840 nucleotides of DNA from Escherichia coli (GTDB taxonomy: Bacteria; Pseudomonadota; Gammaproteobacteria; Enterobacterales; Enterobacteriaceae). This document shows positions 1 to 840 of the stretch, one piece after another (the first letter of the stretch is position 1; each line of letters begins with the position of its first letter). Position numbers and translations under genes: made by a program. The DNA lies in NCBI RefSeq assembly GCF_003334335.1, contig NZ_QOWQ01000147.1. The stretch is one strand, 5' to 3'. The notes under the pieces were generated by a model that was given only the letters and a program-made list of their open reading frames with translations, did no database searches and was not told where the DNA came from.

Positions 1-471
1 CAGAAAGGGCTTATCGCATGGTTTGAAAGCGGGGATGTCAGGGCCTATAAAATCCGGTTCCCGAATGGTACGGTGGATGTGTTCAGTGGCTGGGTCAGCA
101 GTATCGGTAAGGCCGTGACGGCGAAGGAAGTGATCACCAGAACGGTGAAAGTTACCAATGTGGGACGCCCGTCGATGGCTGAAAATCTCACTAAAATTAC
201 GCCGGTTTCCGGTGTGACCATTAAACCGGAAACCCTGACCCTAGAAAAGGGGAAGGCAGGCACACTTACTGTGGCTGTGTTGCCGGATAATGCGTCTGAT
301 CCTTCATTAAGGGTGTCGACCGTGCATCGTGCGGTGGCCACAGCCACGTTGAAGGAGAACACAGTGACGGTAAACGCACTTGAGAAAGGAACAACGTCGG
401 TCGTGGTCATGAGTGATAACGGTAATTTTGTTGCTCTGGCGACAGTAACCGTTAATGTCCCTGCCGCGTAA
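1..471 (+). CDS. V: Phage major tail (tube) protein, gpV-like, 5'-partial: C-terminal part of the tube domain followed by an Ig-like (Big_2-type) domain
   Basis: Seen in sequence: frame 1 is open from position 1 (no stop before the ATG at 73), so the 73..471 ORF in the track is only the in-window part of a longer gene that starts upstream. Translation from position 1 reads [61 protein letters not shown]..., which I recognise from memory as closely matching the corresponding region of phage lambda major tail protein V. The C-terminal ~110 aa (...[13 protein letters not shown]...[33 protein letters not shown]) has the alternating hydrophobic/Thr-Val-rich beta-strand pattern of a Big_2 Ig-like domain. 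TAA stop at 469..471. No database search was run. Confidence 0.9.
   Translation, partial: QKGLIAWFESGDVRAYKIRFPNGTVDVFSGWVSSIGKAVTAKEVITRTVKVTNVGRPSMAENLTKITPVSGVTIKPETLTLEKGKAGTLTVAVLPDNASDPSLRVSTVHRAVATATLKENTVTVNALEKGTTSVVVMSDNGNFVALATVTVNVPAA
142..468 (+). other. C-terminal Ig-like (Big_2-type) domain of the major tail protein; boundaries approximate
   Basis: Inference from sequence composition and pattern: beta-strand-like T/V/A-rich segments, a conserved-looking 'NxGxxxV/ATVTV' C-terminal strand, and position at the C-terminus of a gpV-like protein, where lambda V is known to carry an Ig-like domain. Domain boundaries were not computed with an HMM. Confidence 0.6.
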
Positions 472-480
472 CGGGTGTTT

Positions 481-485
481 AGGAG
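481..485 (+). promoter_or_regulatory. Shine-Dalgarno / ribosome-binding site for the downstream chaperone gene
   Basis: Seen in sequence: AGGAG at 481..485, 7 nt upstream of the ATG at 493..495, which is canonical spacing; it lies in the 21-nt V-G intergenic spacer. Confidence 0.7.
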
Positions 486-492
486 AACACGC

Positions 493-840
493 ATGTTTCT
501 TAAAACAGAACAATTTGAATATAACGGTGTGTCTGTCACGCTTTCGGAGCTGTCTGCGCTGCAGCGTATCGAGCATCTTGCCCTGCTGAAACGGCGGGCA
601 GAAGAGGCTGAAGCCAGCGGCAACCTGCAGGTGAGTGTGGAAGATCTTGTCAGAACCGGCGCGTTTCTGGTGGCGATGTCCCTGTGGCATAACCATCCGG
701 AGAAAGTGCAGCTGCTGTCAATGAATGAGGCCGTGATGCAGATCGAACAGGATGTGCTGACGACCTGGCCGGCTGATGCCATTGCCCGGGCGGAAGAGGT
801 GGTGTTACGTCTGTCCGGGATGAGCGGGGCTGTTCATGCG
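493..840 (+). CDS. G: Phage tail assembly chaperone, gpG-like, 3'-partial (continues beyond the window end)
   Basis: Seen in sequence: ATG at 493 preceded by an SD motif; frame 1 is open through position 840 (116 codons, no stop). Translation MFLKTEQFEYNGVSVTLSELSALQRIEHLALLKRRAEEAEASGNLQVSVEDLVRTGAFLVAMSLWHNHPEKVQLLSMNEAVMQIEQDVLTTWPADAIARAEEVVLRLSGM... matches, from memory, the lambda tail assembly chaperone G along nearly its whole in-window length (lambda G begins MFLKTESFEHNGVTVTLSELSALQRIEHLAL...). The position immediately downstream of the major tail protein gene is the conserved lambdoid gene order V-G-(G-T)-H. Confidence 0.92.
   Translation, partial: MFLKTEQFEYNGVSVTLSELSALQRIEHLALLKRRAEEAEASGNLQVSVEDLVRTGAFLVAMSLWHNHPEKVQLLSMNEAVMQIEQDVLTTWPADAIARAEEVVLRLSGMSGAVHA

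Noticed and set aside
73-75. ATG at 73 as the start codon of the plus-strand ORF (as drawn in the ORF track)
   Set aside because: Frame 1 is open all the way from position 1, and the upstream translation continues the match to the lambda major tail protein, so the real start is upstream of the window; the ATG at 73 is an internal Met codon.
204-234. 9-bp inverted repeat (GGTTTCCGG at 204..212 and CCGGAAACC at 226..234) able to form a hairpin with a 13-nt loop
   Set aside because: It sits in the middle of the major tail protein coding sequence, is short, and has no associated U-tract or known regulatory context; most likely a chance occurrence from codon usage (the paired arms encode Val-Ser-Gly and Pro-Glu-Thr).
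557-566. 10-bp perfect palindrome CGCTGCAGCG containing a PstI site (a second CTGCAG at 625..630)
   Set aside because: Short palindromes and restriction sites occur by chance in coding sequence; there is no evidence it is an operator or any functional element, and it lies inside the conserved G reading frame.
307-696. 129-aa ORF on the minus strand
   Set aside because: Same reasoning: antisense to the V and G coding regions, with an R/H/C-rich translation and no recognisable features; almost certainly non-coding.
45-782. 245-aa ORF on the minus strand spanning most of the window
   Set aside because: It lies antisense to two strongly supported plus-strand phage genes and spans their intergenic junction. 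Its translation is low-complexity (S/T/A/R-rich) with no recognisable fold or motif and no plausible RBS context. Long antisense open frames are a common artefact opposite real genes at this GC content.
1-840. Possibility that the window encodes a novel or undescribed system (defence system, toxin, new RNA element)
   Set aside because: The whole window is accounted for by two well-known, conserved lambdoid tail genes and their short spacer. There is no unexplained non-coding stretch, repeat array, or orphan ORF. Claiming novelty would not be supported by the sequence.

Overview
This window is the junction of two conserved structural genes from a lambda-like (lambdoid) siphovirus tail module, most likely a prophage in an enterobacterial genome; I see no novel or undescribed system here. 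Positions 1..471 (+) encode the 3' part of the major tail tube protein (gpV-like), ending in a C-terminal Ig-like (Big_2-type) domain, with a TAA stop at 469..471. After a 21-nt spacer containing a Shine-Dalgarno motif (AGGAG, 481..485), positions 493..840 (+) encode the N-terminal ~116 codons of the tail assembly chaperone (gpG-like), which runs off the window's 3' edge. Both genes are truncated by the window. The long minus-strand ORFs in the track are antisense artefacts of these two genes. The only mildly notable points are that the Ig-like domain looks divergent from the lambda version (module mosaicism), and that the well-known G/G-T -1 frameshift site should lie just downstream of the window.
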